Shown piece by piece: positions 35,329 to 45,564 of a stretch of 64,000 nt of DNA; positions within the stretch are counted from its first letter, which is position 1; every line of letters starts with the position of its first letter. A model generated the notes under the pieces. It ran no database searches, had not been told where the DNA came from, and saw nothing but the letters and a program-made list of their open reading frames with translations. The DNA comes from a candidate division FCPU426 bacterium. GTDB lineage: Bacteria; Oederibacteriota; Muellerivitia; Muellerivitales; Muellerivitaceae. The translations under genes and the position numbers were made by a program. The DNA is taken from the NCBI GenBank assembly GCA_963771075.1, contig CAVYSE010000009.1:32001-96000 (forward strand), in the 5' to 3' direction.

Positions 35329-35358
35329 ATCCTATTCCACATTCTTTAAAAGTGTCAA
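35329..35358 (-). promoter_or_regulatory. Sigma70-type promoter for rho
   Basis: TTGACA-18 nt-TAGGAT, giving a leader of about 220 nt. Confidence 0.6.
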
Positions 35359-35381
35359 CCCTTTTTTAGCCCGGGATTTTC

Positions 35382-36776
35382 TTAAAGGGGATAAGCCACG
35401 ACTTGGTTTCGTCCCCGCGACTTCGCCGCATAGAGCGCCTGATCGGCCTTGGCGATCAGATCTAACATTGTCGAGGAATCCTGCGGGAATGTGGCTACTC
35501 CCACCGAAATGGTCACCTGGGTCGTTTCCTTCCCCACGGGGAAAGGATGGCTTTCCACCGCCTTCCTCAATTTTTCCGCCAGTTCCATGGCCTGCTCCTT
35601 AGAGGTTTCCGCAGCCACCAATACCATTTCCTCTCCGCCATAGCGGGCCGCCAAGTGGGTCACGTCGGATTTTACCTGTAAAATTTTAGCCATTTCCATT
35701 AAGACATGGTCCCCGGCCACATGCCCAAACGTATCGTTATAGTGTTTGAAATGATCTATATCCATGATCAATAGGCTCAACTCGGATGAATACCGGGTGG
35801 CCAGAACAATTTCCTCCTCCAAACGCAGTTTAAAATGACGGTGGGAAAAAAGTTTAGTTAATCCGTCGGTGATCGATAACTTTTGAACTTTCTCATAAAG
35901 CAGGGATTTTTGCAGGCCGATCGAAATTTGGTTGCAAAAAACCTGGAGGTTGGAGAATTTTTCCTCGTCCATAAAATCCTCGTGAGCCGAAAAGGAACAA
36001 AGAAATCCGATCACCCTTTCCTGCACCAAGAAAGGCAGAAAGACGAAGGAGCGGATGGGAAGGTGTTTCCATTTGGAAAAATGCGGGTCGTCGGACAAGG
36101 AACGTATCCAGAGGGGTTTACATTCCCGCGTCAATTTGGCTCCCAACTGGTGGGAATCAGGTTCGATCTCCAAGGTTTTTAGGAAATTCTCATCACAGCC
36201 CGAGGCAATGCGCGATTCATACCGACGGCCATCGTTGGAAACCGCCCCCATCATAAAATGGGGAAGTTCGAACATTCTTTCGGTGAAATCCCTCGCAAGT
36301 TCGATCATCTCCTGGACATTCAGGGTGCTGCCAGCCTCCTTAATGACATCGTAGAGGTGTTCCACCTGATGCAGTTGTTTCTCAATTTGTATATTCTGTT
36401 GGTGTAGCCTCTCCGCTTCCAGTTTTTTCAAATCCAGCTGTCTTTTCCGTTGCTCAAACTCCTGATCAAAATTCCGGCGGGTGCGATCCTGGACGGCTTG
36501 GATAAAATCAGGTGTTAACAAAAGGGAAAAAACCGACAACAGTTCCGGCACCACCAAGTTTTGGTGAGGCCCCCCCGTCATTAGTTTGAGGATAGCCGCG
36601 CCCAGGGCATAAACCAAAAAAAACCAACGGGCGCTGTTGGGATAGGCAAACCGGTAAGGGACGATAAAAAGAATGGGTAAAGAAAGAGCATAAGGACCAA
36701 ATCCAGGTAAATAGCTCAAGCCTAACACCACCGCCCCCAGTGCCAATCCGCAAATCATTTCCACTCGATCGGTCAC
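35382..36776 (-). CDS. Membrane GAF-GGDEF diguanylate cyclase (GGEEM, no I-site)
   Basis: TM helices, coiled coil, GAF, DGLT, DIDHFK.YND..GH..GD, RYGGEEM. Confidence 0.92.
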   Translation of the reverse strand: MTDRVEMICGLALGAVVLGLSYLPGFGPYALSLPILFIVPYRFAYPNSARWFFLVYALGAAILKLMTGGPHQNLVVPELLSVFSLLLTPDFIQAVQDRTRRNFDQEFEQRKRQLDLKKLEAERLHQQNIQIEKQLHQVEHLYDVIKEAGSTLNVQEMIELARDFTERMFELPHFMMGAVSNDGRRYESRIASGCDENFLKTLEIEPDSHQLGAKLTRECKPLWIRSLSDDPHFSKWKHLPIRSFVFLPFLVQERVIGFLCSFSAHEDFMDEEKFSNLQVFCNQISIGLQKSLLYEKVQKLSITDGLTKLFSHRHFKLRLEEEIVLATRYSSELSLLIMDIDHFKHYNDTFGHVAGDHVLMEMAKILQVKSDVTHLAARYGGEEMVLVAAETSKEQAMELAEKLRKAVESHPFPVGKETTQVTISVGVATFPQDSSTMLDLIAKADQALYAAKSRGRNQVVAYPL

Positions 36777-38245
36777 GAAGGACCTCCCGGGCGGGCCAAC
36801 CTAACGCAATTTTTCCCTTCGCCTTTCGCCTGGTAGAGCGCCTGATCCGCAGCGTCAATGAATTTTTCCACTTCTTTGAACTCCGGCACCAATTCCGCCA
36901 CGCCGATGGAAACCGTAACATGGGTGGATTCCTGGGAAGCAATGATTTCCTGTTCTTCTATTTTCTCGCGTATTCTTTCGGCAACGGTTTGAGCACCGAC
37001 CGCGGGGGTCTTGAGCAGAAGAACCGAGAATTCCTCCCCCCCATAGCGGGCGACCAGATCCACCGTCCGAACCGACTCTTTCAACACCTGCGCTACTACC
37101 TTTAACACCCGGTCCCCAACCAGATGGCCATAACGGTCGTTATAGGTCTTGAAATTATCCACATCCAACATGAGCAAACTGAGCGGCAGTTTATGTTCTT
37201 GGGCCCGGAACACCTCATCCCGGAGCCTTTCCTTGTAATAACGTTGGACATAAAGGCCGGTCAGGCCATCCGTAATCGCCAATTCGATGGTCTGCCGGTA
37301 AAGCGCCACATGTTCAAGCGCCACCGTACCCAAATCAGCGAAGTTTGATAGAAGGCGCGCATCCTCCTGGCGAAAGGCTCCCGATAAATCCGATTCCATG
37401 CGGATCAAGCCCAGCATTTCAGACCCAGCCATCAGGGGGGCCGAAACTAAGCTTTTCACCCCCGTATGGGAACCCAGGGTTTGGAAACGGAAATCCTTGG
37501 AAGCATCCCCCACAACGAGGGGTTTGCTTTGACCCATCACCCAAGCGTTGAAGGCTTCCTGCGGGTTCAATCGCTCGCGATTCAAGCGCACGTCCATTTC
37601 CGTGTCAGGGCTATAGCGGACGGCATGAAGGGCTTTGCCGATACTGCTGTCAAACAAGAGCAAAGAATAAACCCCCCCGTGCACCAGAAAGGTTTTCGAG
37701 ATCGTCTCAATGAGCAGCACCACCACTTCCTGTGTTTTGACGGTCATCGCCAGGCTACGGGCCAACTCGTTCAATGCGGTATAACGTTGGATCTTGATTT
37801 GATTCGCCGAGAACGCGGCCCGGTCCTTATCAAAGGCCCTTTGGGTGTCGTTAACTGCCATTTCGGTTTCTTCCAGCGTATTATTAAAGTCGAATTCCCT
37901 CCTTTCCTTTTCCAAACTCCGCCGGTGCCAGAAATAAAGATTGAACCCCAGGACCGCCAAGAAAAAGAAAAAGGGAACCCAGGAATAATCGGAATCCAAA
38001 AGGTTGAGCAAATTCGCTAAAACAGCCCCGGCCGAAAGAACAATGGTGATCGTCATGTTGAAATAAATCATGGATAGGGCAAGAGGCACAAAAATCAGAA
38101 AAAGGGCCGATCCCAGGTTTCCCCCGTGAGCATCGGTCCAATAGCAATAAAACATGACCGTAAAAAAAGTTCCCAGAACCCAAATCCATTTTTGGGTAGG
38201 GGTGGCCTTTTGAAGCTGTTCGATGATTTTCTCATGAAGGATCAT
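36773..38245 (-). CDS. Membrane GAF-GGDEF diguanylate cyclase (GGEEF, RxxD I-site)
   Basis: TM helices, GAF, DVDNFK.YND, RTVD....RYGGEEF; the ATG overlaps the coaE stop. Confidence 0.93.
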   Translation of the reverse strand: MILHEKIIEQLQKATPTQKWIWVLGTFFTVMFYCYWTDAHGGNLGSALFLIFVPLALSMIYFNMTITIVLSAGAVLANLLNLLDSDYSWVPFFFFLAVLGFNLYFWHRRSLEKERREFDFNNTLEETEMAVNDTQRAFDKDRAAFSANQIKIQRYTALNELARSLAMTVKTQEVVVLLIETISKTFLVHGGVYSLLLFDSSIGKALHAVRYSPDTEMDVRLNRERLNPQEAFNAWVMGQSKPLVVGDASKDFRFQTLGSHTGVKSLVSAPLMAGSEMLGLIRMESDLSGAFRQEDARLLSNFADLGTVALEHVALYRQTIELAITDGLTGLYVQRYYKERLRDEVFRAQEHKLPLSLLMLDVDNFKTYNDRYGHLVGDRVLKVVAQVLKESVRTVDLVARYGGEEFSVLLLKTPAVGAQTVAERIREKIEEQEIIASQESTHVTVSIGVAELVPEFKEVEKFIDAADQALYQAKGEGKNCVRLARPGGPS

Positions 38246-38901
38246 TGTTTTCCAAAATACTCGGTTTTCCAGGAACGCGCAGACTTCCCGTCCATACGCT
38301 TCAGCCATTTTTTCAATTCCCGGTGAAGCGTCGGAATATCTTTGTTATTGCGCACCACCCAATTGGATGACATCTCCCGTTTCCGAGCGGACCATTGTAA
38401 TTTCTCCCGCCGAAGGGATTCGGCCGCGGTCCAACCCCTACGGGCAAGCCGAAGCCGCCTTTTTCGGGTCTGGGCCGAGATACATAAGACCCCGTCAAAC
38501 CAGCGATAATAACCGCCTTCATAAATCAAGGGAACCTCCACCACCGCCAAACGGGGAGGACGAAGCCTTGAAGCAAGCTTTTTTGCCCAAACTCCGACCC
38601 GGCGACGAATTTCAGGGTGAGTCGTCCGGTTTAACCGGTATTGCTGGCGGCCGTCTTGAAAAACCACCTCGGCTAATTTCGCCCGATCAACCCGGCCCTT
38701 TTTACCCAATATTCCCTTCCCAAAAAGGGAAACGAGCCGGTCCCGAAAGGTTTTTTCCCTTAAAAGCTGATGCCCCAATCGGTCGGTCTGCAAGGTGGGG
38801 ATGCCCGCCGATTTTATAAAAGAGAGGGCCGCACTCTTTCCGGCCCCCGGGGCGCCCGTCAACCCGATGAATAAGGTTCGGGAGACCTTGGCTTTCGCCA
38901 T
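38242..38901 (-). CDS. coaE: Dephospho-CoA kinase
   Basis: IGLTGAPGAGKS, DRAKLAEVVF, HPEIR, EVPLIYE. Confidence 0.93.
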   Translation of the reverse strand: MAKAKVSRTLFIGLTGAPGAGKSAALSFIKSAGIPTLQTDRLGHQLLREKTFRDRLVSLFGKGILGKKGRVDRAKLAEVVFQDGRQQYRLNRTTHPEIRRRVGVWAKKLASRLRPPRLAVVEVPLIYEGGYYRWFDGVLCISAQTRKRRLRLARRGWTAAESLRREKLQWSARKREMSSNWVVRNNKDIPTLHRELKKWLKRMDGKSARSWKTEYFGKQ

Positions 38902-39753
38902 TTATGATCCAGATTGCTGTTGGAAGGCGTTGTAGGTATTTTGCATGAGCATTGCGATCGTCATCAGTCCCACCCCCCCCGGAACGGGGGATATGGCCGA
39001 AGCAACTTGGGAAACAGGCCTGAAGTCGACATCCCCGCATAATTTTTCCCCGGGAGGACGGTTCGTCCCAACGTCCACTACCACTGCGCCCGGCTTAACC
39101 ATATCCGCCGTGATAAAACGCGCTTTCCCAATGGCCGCCACTAGCAGGTCCGCGCGTCGGGTTTCCGCCCCCAAATCCTTGGTACGGCTGTGGCACATGG
39201 TCACCGTGGCATGCTCCGCCAATAACATTTGGGCCATGGGTTTCCCCACCATGTTGCTGCGTCCTACCACCACCGCGTTGGAACCTTGGATGGGTATTTT
39301 ATAGTGATGAAGCATTTCCATCACGCCATAAGGCGTGCAGGATTTGGGCCCAGGAAAACCCGCAACGAGCCTTCCCAAATTATCGGGATGCAAACCATCC
39401 ACGTCTTTTTGAGGGTCAATCGTCAATAGGACCTTGTTCGCATCGAAGCCTTTGGGAAGGGGCAATTGGACGAGCAAGCCGTGAAGGGCGGGATCTTGAT
39501 TGTACCTCCGCACCCATTCCAATAGTTCTTCCTGGGTGGTGCTATCCGGAAGCCGCGTGACGACCGAATGAAATCCAATTTCCTGGCAGGCCTTTTCCTT
39601 GTTGGCGACATAAATTTTCGAGCCTGGATCTTCCCCCACCAAGATCACCGCCAACCCGGGACGCGGTGAACCCGCGGGGATAGCCCCCGCAATGGATCTC
39701 AAGCGGTCTTTGACCGCCATCGAAACAACTTTTCCATCCAATAACATCGCCAT
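38902..39753 (-). CDS. folD: Methylene-THF dehydrogenase/cyclohydrolase
   Basis: VQLPLP, KDVDG, CTP, GRSNMVGKP, PVPGGVG. Confidence 0.98.
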   Translation of the reverse strand: MAMLLDGKVVSMAVKDRLRSIAGAIPAGSPRPGLAVILVGEDPGSKIYVANKEKACQEIGFHSVVTRLPDSTTQEELLEWVRRYNQDPALHGLLVQLPLPKGFDANKVLLTIDPQKDVDGLHPDNLGRLVAGFPGPKSCTPYGVMEMLHHYKIPIQGSNAVVVGRSNMVGKPMAQMLLAEHATVTMCHSRTKDLGAETRRADLLVAAIGKARFITADMVKPGAVVVDVGTNRPPGEKLCGDVDFRPVSQVASAISPVPGGVGLMTIAMLMQNTYNAFQQQSGS

Positions 39754-39862
39754 TAAGGCTTTCCTCCCCCGAACGGTCAAACGAGTGCATTTTAGCCTTG
39801 GGTCGAACCGAATTCCACGGCATATCCAAACGCCGATCCAGGCCTTTTCGCCTTTTGTTTTT

Positions 39863-40411
39863 TTAACGGTTCGTCATGAGGGCCAACGATTCGACCGATC
39901 GCTGGATTTCGGAAAGATCAAAGGGTTTTAACACCACCGTCAAAGGCCCGAGTTTCATGGCCTCCACCAACATCTCGCTGTCGGGATAAGCCGTGACGAT
40001 GACCACCAGGGATTTCAGGTTTAATTTCTTGATTTCCTTGAAAACTTCCACCCCGTTCATCCCGGGCATCTTCAAGTCGAGAAAAATGAAATCGTAATAT
40101 GACCGTGATGCCGCTTCCAAGCCCTCTGCGCCGCTATGCACCATCTCCACAACGTACTTGCGCTTATCAAGAGCCTTGGAAAAAAGATCGCAAATAGCCG
40201 ACTCATCATCAACGACGAGGATTTTCTTTTGGCTTGGGGAGGATCCCTTTTCAAGCCACTTATCGATCAACTCTTTTTTGAAACGCCATTCGCTGGCAAC
40301 TTTGAAAGAGGGGATCTCGCCCTGCTGGGCCAGCTTGTATATCGTCGTCGTGGTAATTTTTAAATAGGTCGACAACTCTTGGGCCGTCATAATTTCGTCG
40401 TTTTGAATCAT
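39863..40411 (-). CDS. Excisionase-like HTH_17 plus receiver-domain regulator
   Basis: MTAQELSTYLKI...TIYKLAQQGEIPSFKV..EWRF, then ILVVDD...FLDLKMP...KPF. Start uncertain (40411 or 40432). Confidence 0.88.
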   Translation of the reverse strand: MIQNDEIMTAQELSTYLKITTTTIYKLAQQGEIPSFKVASEWRFKKELIDKWLEKGSSPSQKKILVVDDESAICDLFSKALDKRKYVVEMVHSGAEGLEAASRSYYDFIFLDLKMPGMNGVEVFKEIKKLNLKSLVVIVTAYPDSEMLVEAMKLGPLTVVLKPFDLSEIQRSVESLALMTNR

Positions 40412-40654
40412 GCCTTTTAAAGGTTCCTTCAAGAATTGCGCAGAGTCTTAGCTACCGAATAAATACTTCACTTATTATACCGTAAATCATTTTTGCAACC
40501 CCAACTCTTTGGCCACCCGGTGATTTCTGAATATGATCACTGACAAAGTTCTGGGTTAAAATCATACCCTTTTATTCGGATCATTCTTTACCAAGTACTA
40601 TTTTCTCAAACACTTGGTTAAATGGGATTTCTGCAATTCTATATGATTCTACCC

Positions 40655-40972
40655 TTACGCCTGTTTTTGGACGGTATCAATATAAGAGCGTTCAATCTCA
40701 ATCTTGGTGTTCTCTGCCACCTTGAGAATGATGGTTTGTTCTTTAATGTCGGCCACAACACCATAAACGCCCCCCCGGGTCAGGACCCGGTCTCCCCTCT
40801 GGATGGAGTTAAGCAAAGCTTCCCTTTTCTTACGTTCCTTGGATTGGGGAACAATCATGATGAAATAAAACAAACCCACGATCAGAATCATGGGCAAAAA
40901 CGAGATGATTCCGGCCATCGGGGATGTTCCAGCGACAGAGGATGCGGCAGTTTGAGCGAATGCGGTTCCCAT
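40655..40972 (-). CDS. yajC: Preprotein translocase subunit YajC
   Basis: TM + FYF.MI.PQ.K..K + GDRVLTRGGVYG. Confidence 0.93.
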   Translation of the reverse strand: MGTAFAQTAASSVAGTSPMAGIISFLPMILIVGLFYFIMIVPQSKERKKREALLNSIQRGDRVLTRGGVYGVVADIKEQTIILKVAENTKIEIERSYIDTVQKQA

Positions 40973-41066
40973 GATTAACTCCCGGTCTGTAAACTTTTAA
41001 GATTCTAAAACCGAAAAGGTTTTAACGGATTCCTTTACCAAATGCCATTAAAACTTGAGAAACTTT

Positions 41067-41879
41067 TTAATGTTCGTCTAATACACCATAACGAATGGAT
41101 TTTATCTTTCCCTCTTTGTCAATTAGGACTTCTAACTTGTCAGCAAAACCCAGGCCGTTGTCATGGTTATAACGCAAAACCCTGAGCCCATCCCGTTTAT
41201 CCTGCCCCTCATAAGAAAAATAAACGTTTTGAAAAGCGTTTCGCACATCCCCCACGCCAGAATCAAAGGAAATTCCATCCGGAGTCAATATCCTGAGATC
41301 TCCTTCCTTTTGGGGAGAGTCCAGTTTAACAATTCCCCGGCTCATGTCCTCATAACGAAGCAGGGTTAGGTTCTTAACCGCATATAGGTTTCGCGCGGTC
41401 CCTGATATTTTGCGGCTTTCCACCTTTTTGGATATTGGCCACTTTTGGTCCTCCGCCAGGGTAAAGATCTCATTGAGCCCATATCGGACACCTTTATACC
41501 ATCCCTCGCCATTGGCAAAATCAACCACTAATAAATCGGCGGTATCTTTGTTTTTTTGAGCCGCATCCTGGGCCTTTTTAGTAGCGTCCGCCTGGAAGGC
41601 TTCCATTTGCTCTTTCTTCTTATCGTTATTTTGACTTTCTTCCTTCTTTTCTGCCCACGGTGTTTGAGTACCCTGGAATTTCATCTTTTCCATATCCAAT
41701 TTCAATTTTTCGTTCTCAAGCTGAAGTCGTTCGATTTCCAATTGTTTCTTTTCCATTTCCAGGTCGGAAGCGGTCAAGGTGGCCACAGGTGTCGTGCTTA
41801 AGGGATTATCCTGAGAAAAAACCTTATAAGTCGAAAAAAACAGAGCTAAACCAATCAAACTGATCAACACATTTCGCAT
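41067..41879 (-). CDS. Hypothetical secreted protein with coiled coil
   Basis: Signal peptide after a GGAG RBS; heptad segment EKKQLEIERLQLENEKLKL. Confidence 0.7.
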   Translation of the reverse strand: MRNVLISLIGLALFFSTYKVFSQDNPLSTTPVATLTASDLEMEKKQLEIERLQLENEKLKLDMEKMKFQGTQTPWAEKKEESQNNDKKKEQMEAFQADATKKAQDAAQKNKDTADLLVVDFANGEGWYKGVRYGLNEIFTLAEDQKWPISKKVESRKISGTARNLYAVKNLTLLRYEDMSRGIVKLDSPQKEGDLRILTPDGISFDSGVGDVRNAFQNVYFSYEGQDKRDGLRVLRYNHDNGLGFADKLEVLIDKEGKIKSIRYGVLDEH

Positions 41880-42003
41880 TTGAATCTCCCAAACATGGTT
41901 GTTGACTAAAAACATCTTACTCATAAGTGACCAAGAAAAACAAAAGACCTTTTAAAATTAAAAGTTCATACCAAGAGATAAAACTTAAGGCTTATTTAGG
42001 CAT

Positions 42004-42039
42004 AAAAAAACCCCGTCCCACAATGCGGGACGGGGTTTT
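42004..42039 (-). terminator. Intrinsic terminator after the OMP gene
   Basis: Minus strand CCCCGTCCCGC-ATT-GTGGGACGGGG followed by T7. Confidence 0.9.
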
Positions 42040-42050
42040 CGAACAACGAC

Positions 42051-43166
42051 TTAAAACTTGTAGGACAAATCAGCCTCAGACACGGTCACGATGGCGCCAC
42101 CATTATTATTATTGGAACCGCCAACCACATTCTCGTTCCCATAAAATATTCCATTTCCGGGCTGAACATTAGCAATGGAATTTTCCAAAGAGGTCGGACT
42201 TACAACGACATCCAAGGTGAAATTCTGCCAGTTGATCGAAGCGCCCGTATTGAAATTAAACGCGGTAGTATTTAGCGCATTATAAAGCTGCTTGGAGATG
42301 CCGGTGCGAAGAGTCAACCAGTCGGCAACTTTGGATTCAACGTTGCCGGTCCAGGCTAGGATGTAGTTATCCGCCGAGCCCTCGGTACCGACATAATCAA
42401 TCATCAAGCCGGTGGAAACCAAACCCTTGCCATCGTTGACCTTGCGGTTTGCGGCCAAGCCAACCACAACGTTTGAATCGCTTTGATTCGCAATGAAGGC
42501 GGGGTTCGACAGCAGGGCTAAATCCGCGAACATGCGCAAGTCATTATTGGCATCCAGATCCTTCTGGGCCAAAGCGCCGGCCGAAATGACAGAAGGCGCG
42601 TTCGATGCGGACGTGCCACCTGCGTATGCGCTAGCCATTTCATATCCGAGGTGGAAATTGATCTGGCTGAACGTGTCGGCGGTTACTCCCATGCCTAATT
42701 TAATGGCAATATCTCGGCCATAGTTGTTCCCGCTATCTCCCGCGGCGACCAGGCCGTTATAACCAGTATCGGAATAATCCACACCCACACCCAACGTAAG
42801 ACCGCTGAAATTATTGGCCCACAGGAGGTTCATCCTGTTGTTAGGAGCAGTGGCGGGTGTCGTACCAAGCGGGTTTTGAGAAGCTTGCTCAACTCCCGTA
42901 TAGTTCGCGTAAATCCCCATGGCTCCGATGGCGTCATCCTTCATGATCAAGCCACCCCAAACCGTGCCACCGGCAGGAATCAACCCACGAATATTGATGA
43001 TATTGCTGTAATCGTAGGCCTTGTTGGGATACAAGAAAACGGAATCCAAATCCTCATTCACGAAGAGGTTTGAACCCATCCCATCCAACCTGGCGCTCGC
43101 GAAAACCTTCATGGAGGCCCCCATCGCCATAAGACCAACCAAAAGCATCAAAAGACTTTTCTTCAT
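42051..43166 (-). CDS. Outer-membrane beta-barrel (porin-like) protein
   Basis: Signal peptide MKKSLL...VFA, amphipathic strands, C-terminal ADLSYKF beta-signal, AAGGAG RBS. Confidence 0.75.
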   Translation of the reverse strand: MKKSLLMLLVGLMAMGASMKVFASARLDGMGSNLFVNEDLDSVFLYPNKAYDYSNIINIRGLIPAGGTVWGGLIMKDDAIGAMGIYANYTGVEQASQNPLGTTPATAPNNRMNLLWANNFSGLTLGVGVDYSDTGYNGLVAAGDSGNNYGRDIAIKLGMGVTADTFSQINFHLGYEMASAYAGGTSASNAPSVISAGALAQKDLDANNDLRMFADLALLSNPAFIANQSDSNVVVGLAANRKVNDGKGLVSTGLMIDYVGTEGSADNYILAWTGNVESKVADWLTLRTGISKQLYNALNTTAFNFNTGASINWQNFTLDVVVSPTSLENSIANVQPGNGIFYGNENVVGGSNNNNGGAIVTVSEADLSYKF

Positions 43167-43496
43167 TCTCTCTCTCCTTAAAGCGCAAAGTGTTAGGGTT
43201 ACACTCCTCAGGGACGAGTGTGCTTCCCTACCTAAACAGCCCCGAAGGGCTGTTACAGCCACGTTACAAAGTTAGGGTAACACTCCTCAGGGACGAGTGT
43301 GTTTCCCTTCCTTGTAAGCCCCAACCGGGGCCCCTTCCGACTAAGCCTTGTAAAAGTTAGTAAATAACCTAAACAAGTCTTAATTTTTGAGGATGGTCCG
43401 GGTTTTAGACCCTTCCACCCAAATTACGGACCTCCTCAGGGAGAAGCCCGATTTCATTACAAAAAGGCATTGGCCAAACAAATGCCTTTAATAAAC
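43167..43496 (-). ncRNA. Putative structured 5' leader RNA of the OMP gene
   Basis: Lies between a consensus promoter and the ATG; at least 6 hairpins, three with (G)UCCCUGAG loops and one with a cUUCGg loop. Confidence 0.6.
43192..43311. repeat. Direct repeat of a 41-nt palindromic unit (43192-43232 and 43271-43311)
   Basis: 38/41 identical by hand alignment; a third partial copy lies at 43427-43450. Confidence 0.95.
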
Positions 43497-43502
43497 GAAA
43501 AA

Positions 43503-43531
43503 ACTATAAGTCTGTCCCATAGGCCTGTCAA
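43503..43531 (-). promoter_or_regulatory. Sigma70-type promoter for the OMP gene
   Basis: TTGACA-17 nt-TATAGT. Confidence 0.8.
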
Positions 43532-43642
43532 GGTTGAAAAGACCATGATTAGGGCAAAATCCACCCTATAAAGCATAAAAAGTTTACTTTCCAACTAAAT
43601 GTAGTGGTTTTTTTAACTCGAGCAGGCAAAAAGAAGCATTTT

Positions 43643-45493
<1,851 letters not shown>

Positions 45494-45564
45494 TGTTTTT
45501 GCCTTTTCCTAATTCGACTCGCTTTATCTTCCAGGCTGGCATGGTACCACGGGCTTTTGAGGCT

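Noticed and set aside
39863..40432. Prophage or ICE excisionase
   Set aside because: The HTH is fused to a receiver domain, with no integrase, att site or phage genes nearby.
43167..43262. N-terminal extension of the OMP ORF in the track
   Set aside because: The RBS and signal peptide start at 43166; the extension merely translates the leader repeat.
43192..43311. Mini-CRISPR (41-nt palindromic repeat, 38-nt spacer)
   Set aside because: Only two full units, the spacer is itself a perfect UUCG hairpin, there are no cas genes, and it lies inside a promoter-defined leader.
45494..45564. glmS ribozyme
   Set aside because: Only ~70 nt separate rsmA and glmS, and the conserved ribozyme core is not recognisable.
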